Shown here piece by piece: positions 10,091-19,978 of a DNA stretch of 64,000 nt. A program made the position numbers and the translations under genes. Source of the stretch: Candidatus Borrarchaeum weybense. GTDB taxonomy: Archaea; Asgardarchaeota; Sifarchaeia; Borrarchaeales; Borrarchaeaceae. Under the pieces are notes generated by a model. That model was not told the DNA's origin, searched no databases, and saw only the letters and a program-made list of their open reading frames with translations. Location: NCBI GenBank assembly GCA_019057385.1, contig JAHQJS010000008.1, positions 140,286-204,285 on the forward strand, in the 5' to 3' direction. Every line of letters starts with the position of its first letter. Within the stretch, counting starts at the first letter, position 1.

Positions 10091-11408
10091 TCTCTTGTAT
10101 TTGCTTATCCTGCATGACTATTTGCCCATTTACTATTGTCATTGAGGGAATAGCACGGATCTCATGTCCCTTAAATGGAGAAAATTTCGCCTTAGAGTAA
10201 AAATCATCTGGATTTATTTTCTTTCTGATCTTTGTGTTTATTATGGTTAGATTTGCGATGTATCCCTCTTCAATTTTTCCGGTGTTACCAAGATTAAATA
10301 TCTGTGCAGGTCTTTCCGATGTGAGCATAACAAAGCGATCTAGTGAAAGACGGTCATTTAGTACTTCAGTCATCATTATTGGTACTAATGTTTCCACTCC
10401 TGGTATGCCTGAGGGTGCTTCTGAAAATGACTTAGACTTCTCGACAAGAGAATGAGGTGCATGATCACTCGCTAAAATATCGATTTCACCATTTTTTAGC
10501 CCTTCCCATAACCCATCCACCTCTGTTTGTGAACGGAGTGGAGGGAGCATTTTTCCCCAACTTTTCCATTTGAATATATCATCTTCAGAAAGCAATAAAT
10601 GATGTGGTAATACTTCGCAAGTAATATGTGGATTTAATCCCCGTTCTTCCTTAATTGTTTCTAAACTTTGTTTCGTAGTTATATGGCAAATATGCAATTT
10701 GTTTTTAGATACTAATGAGAGCTTGCAAAATCTTTTTATTGATTCTATTTCGGATTGTGTGTCGTGAGTTCTTAAAAAGTCACTAATCTGTTCTTTTTCA
10801 TCAATAAGAAGCGATATTTGCTTCTGATCCCCTTTGAATGTATCAGGATGAATGCATATAGGAAGATTATATGATGAAACCACTTTAAGAAATTCCAAGA
10901 GCACATTATCATCATTTAAATCTACTGAAGAAATAGGCATATGTGGATATATTTTAAATCCAACAGTCTTTTCCCTGACTAGATTTTCTATATCATCTAT
11001 TGATTCAGGTAGTCCTGAAAAAAATCCAACATTGGTAAAAATATTGTCTTTGGCCTGTTGTTTTTTCTCTTGTAATCGTATAGCATTGATTGTTGGTGGC
11101 TTAGTATTTGGCATATCTAGGACGGTGGTCACTCCGCCCATAGCCGCAGCTTTTGTACCTGTCAGAAAGGTTTCCTTATATGCTAATTGAAAATCTCTTA
11201 GATGAACATGGGCGTCAATAATACCTGGTATGACTAACTGACCATTTAGATTTAGAGTTGTGTCAGCTTGTGGGAGTTTTGGTTCTTTCCCTATCTTTGT
11301 TATTACGCCATCTTCAATTACAAGTCCACCGCTGAAAAAAGCATGGCGAGTAAAGATTTTTGCATTTGTGATTTTAAGAGAGGTCTGCAAACAAGATCCT
11401 TTCCACAA
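10062..11408 (-). CDS. pyrC: Dihydroorotase (amidohydrolase family)
   Basis: DAHVHLRD, GGVTTVLDMPNT, CEVLPHHL, SDHAPH. Confidence 0.85.
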   Translation of the reverse strand: MWKGSCLQTSLKITNAKIFTRHAFFSGGLVIEDGVITKIGKEPKLPQADTTLNLNGQLVIPGIIDAHVHLRDFQLAYKETFLTGTKAAAMGGVTTVLDMPNTKPPTINAIRLQEKKQQAKDNIFTNVGFFSGLPESIDDIENLVREKTVGFKIYPHMPISSVDLNDDNVLLEFLKVVSSYNLPICIHPDTFKGDQKQISLLIDEKEQISDFLRTHDTQSEIESIKRFCKLSLVSKNKLHICHITTKQSLETIKEERGLNPHITCEVLPHHLLLSEDDIFKWKSWGKMLPPLRSQTEVDGLWEGLKNGEIDILASDHAPHSLVEKSKSFSEAPSGIPGVETLVPIMMTEVLNDRLSLDRFVMLTSERPAQIFNLGNTGKIEEGYIANLTIINTKIRKKINPDDFYSKAKFSPFKGHEIRAIPSMTIVNGQIVMQDKQIQESAKVGKIVP

Positions 11409-11450
11409 CTCTCTAAATATATAAGAAACGATTTGAACCTTTATCAGTCT

Positions 11451-12269
11451 TTAATCTGTTTGAAATTTATTAGCAACCAATTCAGTCATATCTGTTTTTG
11501 TTACAATCCCTATTAGGTCCTCAGATTCATCAAACACTGGTATCCCTTTTAATCCTTCGTTTAACATGAATTCTGCGGCTTCAGATACTGTTGCATCTGG
11601 TTTCAGAGAAGGAGGTGCCGTATTCATAACTTGATTCACTAAAAAATGGCGTATGCGTTCACTCTGGTGCTGTTTAGGGGTGGCTTCCCTGAACCTTGCT
11701 AAAGCCTTAGCAATTGAGTTATAATCAACAATTCCTACTAATTCACCTTCTTCAAAAACCGGCAGAGTACTAACTCTGTTCTCAAACATAATTTTACGTG
11801 CGTGAATTACCCTGTCTGTCGAATTTATATAATAGGGATTTTGAGTCATAATTTGACTAACTTGGATTGTATCAACTTTTGAGCAAAGTCGTACCATATC
11901 CATCTTTGTAATTATTCCAACAAGCTCTTCTGTCTCATCTGTTTTTATTGTCACGGCTAAAGAACCAATCTTTTCTTTTAACATTAGATTCGCGGCATCT
12001 TCAACATCAATATCCGATTCAGTTGTGATTAAATTTGTAGACATAGCACTGGAAATATGGAGTCCTGCTGGGCTTATTCTCTCGGTTTTGGTTGAACCTA
12101 GTCTATCCGCAATGTCTCTTATAGAGACAACTCCAACTAGTTTATCGTCATCAGTAACAATTATGTGCGCAATTCCATTCTTCTCCATCTTTTCTAAGGC
12201 CTCAGACAAGAGTTGATCTTTATCGATAGTATGCACGTTTTTATCTTTCAATATAGCTTCGATTTTCAT
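11451..12269 (-). CDS. Four-CBS-domain protein
   Basis: Repeated LVG(I/V)(V/I)(T/S)..D CBS motifs. Confidence 0.9.
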   Translation of the reverse strand: MKIEAILKDKNVHTIDKDQLLSEALEKMEKNGIAHIIVTDDDKLVGVVSIRDIADRLGSTKTERISPAGLHISSAMSTNLITTESDIDVEDAANLMLKEKIGSLAVTIKTDETEELVGIITKMDMVRLCSKVDTIQVSQIMTQNPYYINSTDRVIHARKIMFENRVSTLPVFEEGELVGIVDYNSIAKALARFREATPKQHQSERIRHFLVNQVMNTAPPSLKPDATVSEAAEFMLNEGLKGIPVFDESEDLIGIVTKTDMTELVANKFQTD

Positions 12270-12346
12270 CGGTTTATCCTCCAGAATATCATATTGTATT
12301 TCGTTTGATGGGTATTAAACATTCATACAGTAACAAATTCTGTATC

Positions 12347-12598
12347 GTGAACTACCATCCAACAAGTTGAATGGCTTCCTGAATCATTCATCTCCCAGCG
12401 GAGCATGTCAAACAGGCTCAACGGGCAGTTCCTGCCCTGAACTTGATGTTAATTTGAGAACTGGCGAGTGTGACCTCAGCTCAATTCTACTTACTCTCTA
12501 GGTGCACATACCTATTTAAAGATTGTAGACTGTTGTAAAAGTGAAAACACGCACTTCATCCCCCAACTAGTTGGGGGGGGTCTTCTTGTGAGACACTC
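12347..12598 (-). mobile_element. ORF-less IS200/IS605-derived element A (scaffold family 4): left-end hairpin, TATA, omega-RNA-like scaffold, right end ...GGTAGTTCAC
   Basis: Right part homologous to 26589-26682; left part homologous to 63869-64000. Confidence 0.8.
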
Positions 12599-12690
12599 AT
12601 ACAAACATAACTAGTATCTCATCAAAATCTTTTAGAGGTTGTTTCTTAACTGTTTATGAAATTTATCTAAAAAACTATCTTTGTGATTTA

Positions 12691-13830
12691 ATGAACTTTG
12701 ATGTTGTTATTGTGAGATATTCTGGAGAAATTGGAATTAAAGGAAAACAAACTAGAAAATGGATGGAAAAAATACTTACAGATAACATCAGAATAAAACT
12801 TGAAAAAGAAGAACTTGACGTAAAAGAAATCATTCGCAAATATGGTAGGATCTACATATATGGTAAAAACCCAAAAGCGATAAGCAAAACTGTTTCGAAC
12901 GTGTTTGGAGTTGTTTCGACAAGCCCAGCAATAATAGTTGACTCAGATGTAGATGAGATCTGTAAAACTTCCAGAAAGGTCGCAGAAGAAATCTTAGATG
13001 CAGGCGATTCTTTTAGAATTACTACTAGGCGAGTTGGTACACATCCCTTTACTTCAGAGGATATCTCTATCAAGGCTGGCGCGGCAGTACTCGATCAAAT
13101 GTCTGGAAAGGGAGTTTCTGTAAATTTAAATACCCCCGACAAGCAAATTTTTATTGAAATTAGACATGAAATGGCATACCTATTTCATGAAGTAATAAGT
13201 GCAGTAGGAGGTATGCCTACTGGCACTCAGGGAAAAATTGCGATTATAATCTCGTGTGATGAGTTAGGCTGGATTGCAGCCTTCTTAATAATGAAAAGAG
13301 GCTGTGAGCCTGTTCCTATAATCTTTAATATCCATAATTCGCTGAATAGCAGTAATCTTCCCGAAAAAATTCCTTATTTATCAGCGCTAAAAACATTTAT
13401 TCCCTCTGAATTTTCAGTATTTTTAGTTCCTTTTACAGCAATCCTCGAAGAATTGAAGCAATTGATTCCCAAGGAATCATTATACCTTTTTTGCAGGAAA
13501 TTACAATTACAAATTGCAGAGCATTTATGTAAACAATTTGACATGAAAGGCATAGTGACAGGTGATCTGTTAGATTGCCCAGAAAAATCTAAAATCTATA
13601 ATTTGGTTGATACCAGCGTAAAACTGCCCATATATCGACCCTTAATTTCTCTTGATGCAGAAAAATTAACTAAATACAAAAACCTTTTAGGCATCAGTGG
13701 CAATGTTTCTTGCCCTTCTTTATGCAAAGATACTACTATAAGTCTCGCGAAAATTAATCAAACTAGAAAAATAACCTTTGAGAAAAGAGTTAATAGTATT
13801 ATTGAAGAAATGGATATAATACACATTTAA
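12691..13830 (+). CDS. thiI: ThiI-like THUMP-domain tRNA-modification protein with degenerate PP-loop
   Basis: VRYSGEIGIKG, FGVVS.SPA, V.L..PD, GG.P.GTQG; canonical SGGxDS replaced by SCDELG. Confidence 0.75.
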   Translation: MNFDVVIVRYSGEIGIKGKQTRKWMEKILTDNIRIKLEKEELDVKEIIRKYGRIYIYGKNPKAISKTVSNVFGVVSTSPAIIVDSDVDEICKTSRKVAEEILDAGDSFRITTRRVGTHPFTSEDISIKAGAAVLDQMSGKGVSVNLNTPDKQIFIEIRHEMAYLFHEVISAVGGMPTGTQGKIAIIISCDELGWIAAFLIMKRGCEPVPIIFNIHNSLNSSNLPEKIPYLSALKTFIPSEFSVFLVPFTAILEELKQLIPKESLYLFCRKLQLQIAEHLCKQFDMKGIVTGDLLDCPEKSKIYNLVDTSVKLPIYRPLISLDAEKLTKYKNLLGISGNVSCPSLCKDTTISLAKINQTRKITFEKRVNSIIEEMDIIHI

Positions 13831-13874
13831 CGTAGACGGCGGGAAGTCCCTTCCGAGAGAGAGAAGGTAGTCAC
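13831..13874 (+). mobile_element. 44-bp minimal IS605-derived element B (left-end half fused to right-end half)
   Basis: TTTAA + 7 nt + GGCGGGAAGTCCC...GGTAGTCAC; same left-end geometry as the tnpB element and element K. Confidence 0.7.
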
Positions 13875-14005
13875 AAATTCACAAAGTCTGCTTCAAATTT
13901 ACCCCTTGCCAACTATTGAACTGATAGGATGAAAAAAGGATGTAATGAGGCAATTCCCCATTGGAGTATAAAGCACTGAATTTGTGAATTATAAGCACAT
14001 GGAGT

Positions 14006-14494
14006 TCAGAGTATATATGTTCCGCTAAATACCTGCGTATTTTGAGTGTCATAGAGAGTTATTGTAACAGGTTGGTTTGCTGCAAAAACATTATCAGTTA
14101 TAGTCACATCGATAGTTAAGGAGTCTCCTACCGGAACGACGAAATCCTGATCAGTTGAAGCATCGTAATATATTGTCCCTGTGGAAGTTTCTCTAACAGT
14201 ACTTAGAGTCCGCTCACTTCCATCATATTCTATGATGGAAGTATCTACATCAATTGTTACTGATTGCCCACCTGTATTCCGTATAGTGAAGAATATTGTA
14301 TCACCATCTAACATTGTGACATCAAGAACCTCTACCTTTGCTTGGGTAACACTACCGAGTATCCCTTGCGTGTATGCAAACACAGTAACACTTGCAGCTA
14401 CGGCAATAGCTATAAGTAGGATGACTGCAATTACTGGGGAGACAGCTTTTTTCGATTTTATAATAGCTTTTAATTTGTTGGAGTAGCTATTCAT
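14006..14494 (-). CDS. Type IV pilin 1 (major-pilin-like)
   Basis: KSKKA|VSPVIAVILLIAIAVAASVTVFAY; F.IRNTGG motif. Confidence 0.9.
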   Translation of the reverse strand: MNSYSNKLKAIIKSKKAVSPVIAVILLIAIAVAASVTVFAYTQGILGSVTQAKVEVLDVTMLDGDTIFFTIRNTGGQSVTIDVDTSIIEYDGSERTLSTVRETSTGTIYYDASTDQDFVVPVGDSLTIDVTITDNVFAANQPVTITLYDTQNTQVFSGTYIL

Positions 14495-15477
14495 AGTACC
14501 ATCACGTTATTATTTTATTCACAATCCTCTTTATTATTTTTGTTCTTTATACTTTGGAGAATAGATGCCTAAAAACTAGTTCAGTCTTATATAAGTCTTC
14601 GATGTACATTTTACTTGTAGCCAAGCGAGAAGTCTCCCCGGTTCACGGGGGAGATGAACCGCAGTAATTCCAGACTGGCTATAGAGCAGGGATGTCACCT
14701 TGAGTAATTGATTATATACGGGGCATAGGGAATTGACGCCTGTGGACCTGAGACCTCTGTAACCCATAATAGGGATACTCGTAAATCAGTTTTTAAAAAA
14801 GATACACTTTGATGAAAAGGTTAATCACTTCATTGAAAGAGTAAAGCGAAAAATAATATGATGAATGCAGAATAAATGAATTTATGAACCCGTAAGACTA
14901 TTTGTAAAAACTGCAGGACACGCCGATATCGGTCTTGTGCCAATTTAATCTCTAAGTCTTGAAAAGCTTAAGTTTATCTGATAATGCCAAATTACTTTTC
15001 ATCCTTTTTTCCAAAAGATTTGCGATTCTTCTAGTATATTGCTGATCAAAAGTGCACTTATTTTATAAGACTTTTTAGATTTGACTCTATCCTTCGTGAA
15101 AATCTTCGTAAGGCATCGAATTTTTCATAACATTTTAGTCAATTTACCAAAAAAAATATAATTAAGCTTTGAAGTGATTATTATTGAGGAGTTTGATAAA
15201 CGAAAAATTGCTATCTGTAAAGTAGATAGACTCTTAATTCTCTTATGTCATAAGACATAAGAGAGTTGGATCAAAAAAAAAAACACAAACAACTCATAAC
15301 CGAAAAAGGTGGAGATTTATTGAGAAAGACTCTTCTCAAGATGAAAAGGATGATGAAATCTAGGAAAGCAGTATCTCCAGTGATTGCAGTGATCTTGTTA
15401 ATTGCCATTGCCGTAGCTGCAAGTGTTACTGTGTTTGCATACACGCAAGGGATACTCGGTGGTGTTACCCAAGCAAA
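14337..15477. repeat. 71-bp inverted repeat (14337-14407 / 15407-15477, 1 mismatch) inside the two divergent pilin genes
   Basis: Manual alignment: ATTGCCGTAGCTGC...CCCAAGCAAA, 70/71 identical. Confidence 0.95.
14615..14776 (+). mobile_element. Truncated IS605-derived element C (family 2), right end missing
   Basis: TTAC + 8 nt + AAGCGAGAA left-end hairpin; TACGGGGCATAGGGAATTGACGCCTGTGG matches the family-2 scaffold. Confidence 0.7.
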
Positions 15478-15904
15478 TATAAGAATGTCAGGTGCTACAG
15501 CCACCAACCAAGCTTCTGACGTTGAAACTGCCACTGGCACGGGTAATGACAGTGGTGGTGACGGCAACCCTGAGCACGTTTTGATTTTCACTATTCAAAA
15601 CACTGGCGGCCAAGAGGCAACTGTTGATTATATGGAAGTGCAAGACGATGATGAGACTTGGGATTCGACCACAACCGACAGCACAGGCTGGATTGCGATT
15701 TATAATGCAGGAACAGGAGAACTTATCAAGTCTGGGAGTGCATCTAGCTTTTCCCTTACTGTAGGCGCTGGAGAAAGCGTCCAATTAAGATGTATTCTTG
15801 ATGGCGATCCTGGTAGTGGCGACGACAATCTTAGCGCGCCAATTTCAGTTACAATTAACACTGAAGCAGGCGACTCAGTTAGCGCATCATTTAATGTTCC
15901 ATAA
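15320..15904 (+). CDS. Type IV pilin 2 (major-pilin-like); start probably TTG 15320 or a downstream ATG
   Basis: KSRKA|VSPVIAVILLIAIAVAASVTVFAY; GGTGGAG RBS before 15320; T-rich tract follows the stop. Confidence 0.9.
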   Translation: MRKTLLKMKRMMKSRKAVSPVIAVILLIAIAVAASVTVFAYTQGILGGVTQANIRMSGATATNQASDVETATGTGNDSGGDGNPEHVLIFTIQNTGGQEATVDYMEVQDDDETWDSTTTDSTGWIAIYNAGTGELIKSGSASSFSLTVGAGESVQLRCILDGDPGSGDDNLSAPISVTINTEAGDSVSASFNVP

Positions 15905-16076
15905 GAACTCGTAACCTAGCGCCACTCTATCTTTTTATTTTTTTTATTCTTTCAATACTAAGAAACTGAAACTATTTTGGGGGATCCATTTCTCCAAACC
16001 GAACTGGGCCACTAGTTCTGGGTATTTATAATGGAAATGGGAATATGAAGGAAATCAAAACATTAAATACAGCCTC

Positions 16077-16363
16077 GTGAACTACTACTCACTAAAGCAG
16101 GTTGCTTCTGCCCTCATCGACCGTTCTTTCAACACGGTTAAACACAAGTAATCAGTTTATCGACAGTTCGGGGTGTCTAAGGATGTCCTCGTCCCTTTAC
16201 TAACGAGACACTTGAATATCCTTTCCCACAGGGACGTTATCGTTTGTGATCCTACCAGAGGTAGTGTATCCCTACGTTCCCTTCGATATCCATCAGTATA
16301 GTCAAAAGAAACTGCGAAAGTGAAAAAAACAACGCAATTCATCCCCTCCCCAACCAGTTGTCT
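16077..16363 (-). mobile_element. ORF-less IS605-derived element D (scaffold family 3)
   Basis: Ends ...AGTAGTTCAC on the minus strand; scaffold homologous to element L; GGGGATGAATTGCG left-end motif. Confidence 0.75.
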
Positions 16364-16368
16364 GTAAA

Positions 16369-16570
16369 GTGAGCTACCTCATGCTGAAGCTATGAGTCTT
16401 CTTGCTTCAATCACCAGACTCGATCTCCTTGCGGGTTACGGAGGTCTCGATGTCCACAGGGGTGAATTCCCTACGCATCATAGGTACTCATAGTCTCACT
16501 AAAAAACTATATATAACCAACGCCATTCATCACCACGCTAAAGTGTTGGTGCGTTCTTGCTTAGCTACCC
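16369..16570 (-). mobile_element. ORF-less IS605-derived element E (scaffold family 2)
   Basis: Homologous along its length to H (21836-22040) and M (55628-55835); TTAC upstream of the left end. Confidence 0.85.
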
Positions 16571-16618
16571 GTAAGATATTACTTAAATCTTGGATACAAT
16601 AAAAGTGGGTGTGTAAAG

Positions 16619-17400
16619 ATGATTGACAAGGAGAGCGTGAGGAAAGTCTGCCTACCCGACGGAGAGGCCTGCTTCAAGTATCTATGTGAAGTTAGGTCCG
16701 GAAGCAAGTCTGGAGGCGGCGTTACGTGCCTGCACTGTGGGAGCAAGGAGACGATAAAAAAAGGAAAAGAGGCCAAAAGGGGCTCAGTAATATTATTACA
16801 ACGGATGCGAGACTATCTTCAACAACTTGACAGGAATGGTGTTCGAACATCGCCACTCCCCCTGAAGAGATTTTTTACATCATCACGGAGATGGCGGCAA
16901 AGACCACGGCACAGATAGCCAGGTAATTGTATAGAGATTATTATTCTGTCCTCGACTTCGTTCACAAAGTTCAGGGTTTGGCTTCTAAACCGGTCGAGGA
17001 TGTTACACTTGAGGGCATACGTGAAATTGACGAGATATACGTTATGGCTGGAGAGAAGAGGAGAAAACAGAAGAACACCAGAGAACGAGGTAAGGCTTCC
17101 TGTGCTTCGGAATCTGACGAAGAAAAACGTTCAAAAGAAATTGAGAAGGTTATGAACAGGATTGTGGTACTTAATACTAATAACTACAGGACCTATAAAG
17201 GGATGATTAACAAAAAACAGCATCATAGTCACAAGGTGGTCAACCACTCTGAAGTACCCTAAAGGCGATGTTCACGTGAATACTTGCGAGAACAGGCACA
17301 GTTTTTTTGAGGAGTTGGCTCTTAAAGTTCAGAGGCGTCTTCAAATGCTACCTTCAGGGTTGCCTCGAACTTCTTGCCCTCACCCTTTACAGGAAAGAAT
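16619..17400 (+). pseudogene. Frameshifted IS1595-family (ISXO2-like DDE) transposase remnant
   Basis: Fragments across frames: CLHCGS Zn ribbon, FNNLTG.VFE, EIDEIYV, Y..YKG, HKVVNHSE, VHVNTCENRHS, FRGV. Confidence 0.8.
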
Positions 17401-17486
17401 GGTTTAATTAAGATCATAAGTAATAATTAATAGACATGAACATATTAAGATGATAGATATATAAGAAGGTATGTCGAGTCAATATT

Positions 17487-18569
17487 ATGGGTGAAAACAT
17501 GAATGCAAAGAACGTTGTGATACTTTCCTTCTTTTTAGTTGCTTTGTTAACAGTCAGTTCCCCCTCATTAAAAGCCAGTGCAGAAGTGAACTCCCTACCC
17601 AATGGAATTACGACAATGGATTCCCCCAAATTTGATGGAACCAACGTAGTCGGCTTGCCCTACGATGCCACTTCAGATGTTGGAGAAAATAAGAATTTCA
17701 AATATGATTTAGAAAAAGATAGAGAATATGTCGTATTTGTTTACGGAGCCTTTATAGCCACAAACACTGATTATGACATTGAAGTGTACGAACCTGGCAA
17801 AAGCGAAGCATTGATAGTAAGTACAAGGGCTGCTGGAATGTTAGAAAAAATCACATTCAAAGCAGGTGAAGACGGTGAATATAAAATTAGAGTACGTAAC
17901 GACAAAGACGATTCAGGTGGCGATGAAGGAGCGAAGATCTTTTTAGCAGAAGTTGCCAAATTAGGAAATTCATATGAAGTTTTAATAGAACATCAAGAAA
18001 CCATTCACACTTACTACGCATTTTGGTTTGATGCGTCAGGTTATACCGGTAGTGAGATCACAGTAAAGTTAAAAACATCCAAAGATGTCGATATGTACCA
18101 AATGAGGCTTTATCCATTTGTAAGTGGAGAGGAGAGCGGTGAAGGTGAACAGTTTTATGATATCTTAGAATCTACTAGCGAACATGCGCTTCTTACTGCT
18201 GATGCCGGTCAAGCTGGAGAGGATCTCGAATTCTCGTTCATAGCCCAAGCTTCTTACGAAGGCGAATCCCTAGGTGTATCTAGTACATTATCCGATACAG
18301 TTAATGCTCAACAAGATGGAAATGAGTTCGAATCACCTGATGGTGTATTTATAATCTCGTTAATTGGAGAAAAAGGCGATGGCGAGTGTAAATTTACTAT
18401 TTCTGCAGAATCAGAAGATAAGGAAGAAACTCAACCAACAAATGAAACAACAACAGAAGAGCCCACAGTAAGACCCTTATGTTTAGGAACTTTAGCAGTG
18501 AGTGCGTTTACAGTTATCTCGTTAATTGCTATCGGAATAAAACGCAGAAGATACGGAGAAGAAACTTAA
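17487..18569 (+). CDS. Acidic secreted cell-surface protein with C-terminal TM anchor
   Basis: Signal peptide, beta-sandwich-like repeats (DYDIEVY, GEYKIRV), T/E-rich linker, LCLGT-TM-KRRR tail. Confidence 0.75.
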   Translation: MGENMNAKNVVILSFFLVALLTVSSPSLKASAEVNSLPNGITTMDSPKFDGTNVVGLPYDATSDVGENKNFKYDLEKDREYVVFVYGAFIATNTDYDIEVYEPGKSEALIVSTRAAGMLEKITFKAGEDGEYKIRVRNDKDDSGGDEGAKIFLAEVAKLGNSYEVLIEHQETIHTYYAFWFDASGYTGSEITVKLKTSKDVDMYQMRLYPFVSGEESGEGEQFYDILESTSEHALLTADAGQAGEDLEFSFIAQASYEGESLGVSSTLSDTVNAQQDGNEFESPDGVFIISLIGEKGDGECKFTISAESEDKEETQPTNETTTEEPTVRPLCLGTLAVSAFTVISLIAIGIKRRRYGEET

Positions 18570-18759
18570 AATTGCGATTAAAAATTCCTCTCACAATTTT
18601 TTTCCATAACTGTTTTCCATAAAACAAATCAAAAATCAAATTTCATTTCTACTATTCTTCAAAAATTGAAGGAAGAAGAGAGAAGTTCCGATCTTTTTTA
18701 TGAAATTAATATGTTTTCAAATCAAAACCAAAATCAAAAAGATCGTTTTGCGAGGAATC

Positions 18760-19146
18760 TTATTTTAAAAGTTTTGCTATATTTTCCAGCGCAGTTTTTA
18801 GATTTAATCTGAGTAAGCCCAACTCTGCCCGTGCGTCTTGTCCTGCCAGTGCTGTAAGAGCAATATCTCCAGAATTTATGACAACAGCAAATCCCTCTTC
18901 GCAATCAATATCAATTTCACCAATCTTACCTTTATCTACTGCCTTGCCTAATGAACTAGCACCATTAACAATAGCCATTGCATATTCGATGATTTCATTG
19001 TGATTTAATTCTGTAAGTGTCTGGCCCGCTAGAATTTCACCTTTTTTTGGACGAAACGCGATTAAGCCTTCGATGGCGGGAATATTTTCCATAACATCAT
19101 TCAATTGATCTTCTATCTTCTTTTTCAATTTCTCAGTAACCATCAT
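18760..19146 (-). CDS. Roadblock/LC7 (MglB-like) protein
   Basis: IEGLIAF, LGLLRLNLK; about 125 aa with roadblock pattern. Confidence 0.7.
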   Translation of the reverse strand: MMVTEKLKKKIEDQLNDVMENIPAIEGLIAFRPKKGEILAGQTLTELNHNEIIEYAMAIVNGASSLGKAVDKGKIGEIDIDCEEGFAVVINSGDIALTALAGQDARAELGLLRLNLKTALENIAKLLK

Positions 19147-19521
19147 CTATCACCAAAGCGATTCTAGTCTAATGAATCTACTAAGATAATAAAACTCACA
19201 TGTTTAAAACATTTTTCGGTTGTATTTTTTGGTTCCCTTTTAGTGAATATACAGATAGAGTGAGGTTATAATGAGATAATTTTAATTGCATGCAAGTTTT
19301 ATCACTCCTCTGTAAGATGACCCTGCATGTATTTTTTTGATTCTATTGCGATCAGATTTTTTTCTGATGAATACAAACTGCGGGGAACTAATATTCAGAT
19401 CTCTAAACGTCTTAAATATAAAAGGAAGAAAACACTTATTAAGGAAGTATTTGATCTATAATCTATAGAGACTTAATCTCTAGAAACCACTGACATCCGA
19501 AAATACTTCGGAGGCCATTAT

Positions 19522-19821
19522 TTGATTAGTCAAAAAGTTTTTCAATCAACGTTGAAGAAACTGAAGGCGCATGAAGGCGTGAGGGGAGTTATTGTAACTA
19601 ATTCTGAAGGACTCCCTATTAGTTCAACGCTCGATACTGATAAAACAGAAAAAGTTGCCGCATTAATTACTTCACTAGTTGGAAAAGCAAAATCAATCGT
19701 AACCGAATTAGATGAGAAGAACTTAAATTTCTTCACGATAGACACGAAAGGCGGCGAGGTACTAGTTGCACCAGAAGAAACATATATATTGATTGTTTTA
19801 AAGGACAAGAGAAAAGCGTAG
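19522..19821 (+). CDS. Roadblock/LC7 protein resembling eukaryotic dynein light chain roadblock
   Basis: [20 protein letters not shown]...[15 protein letters not shown]. Confidence 0.85.
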   Translation: MISQKVFQSTLKKLKAHEGVRGVIVTNSEGLPISSTLDTDKTEKVAALITSLVGKAKSIVTELDEKNLNFFTIDTKGGEVLVAPEETYILIVLKDKRKA

Positions 19822-19978
19822 TATCTCACTGGAATTCGTATACAGATTATTAAAATGATCTATACTTTGATGCACGAACAGATTGTGGAGAAACCTACTA
19901 GAAAGATTTTATATAGTAATGTTTCGAATCTTAATCATAAGATAATTATTTTATCAAATCTCAAGAAGTGAATTAAAG

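Noticed and set aside
3-15904. Archaellum locus
   Set aside because: Two single-domain TadC-like genes, no recognisable arlF/G/H in the operon, and pilin-type rather than archaellin-type N-termini
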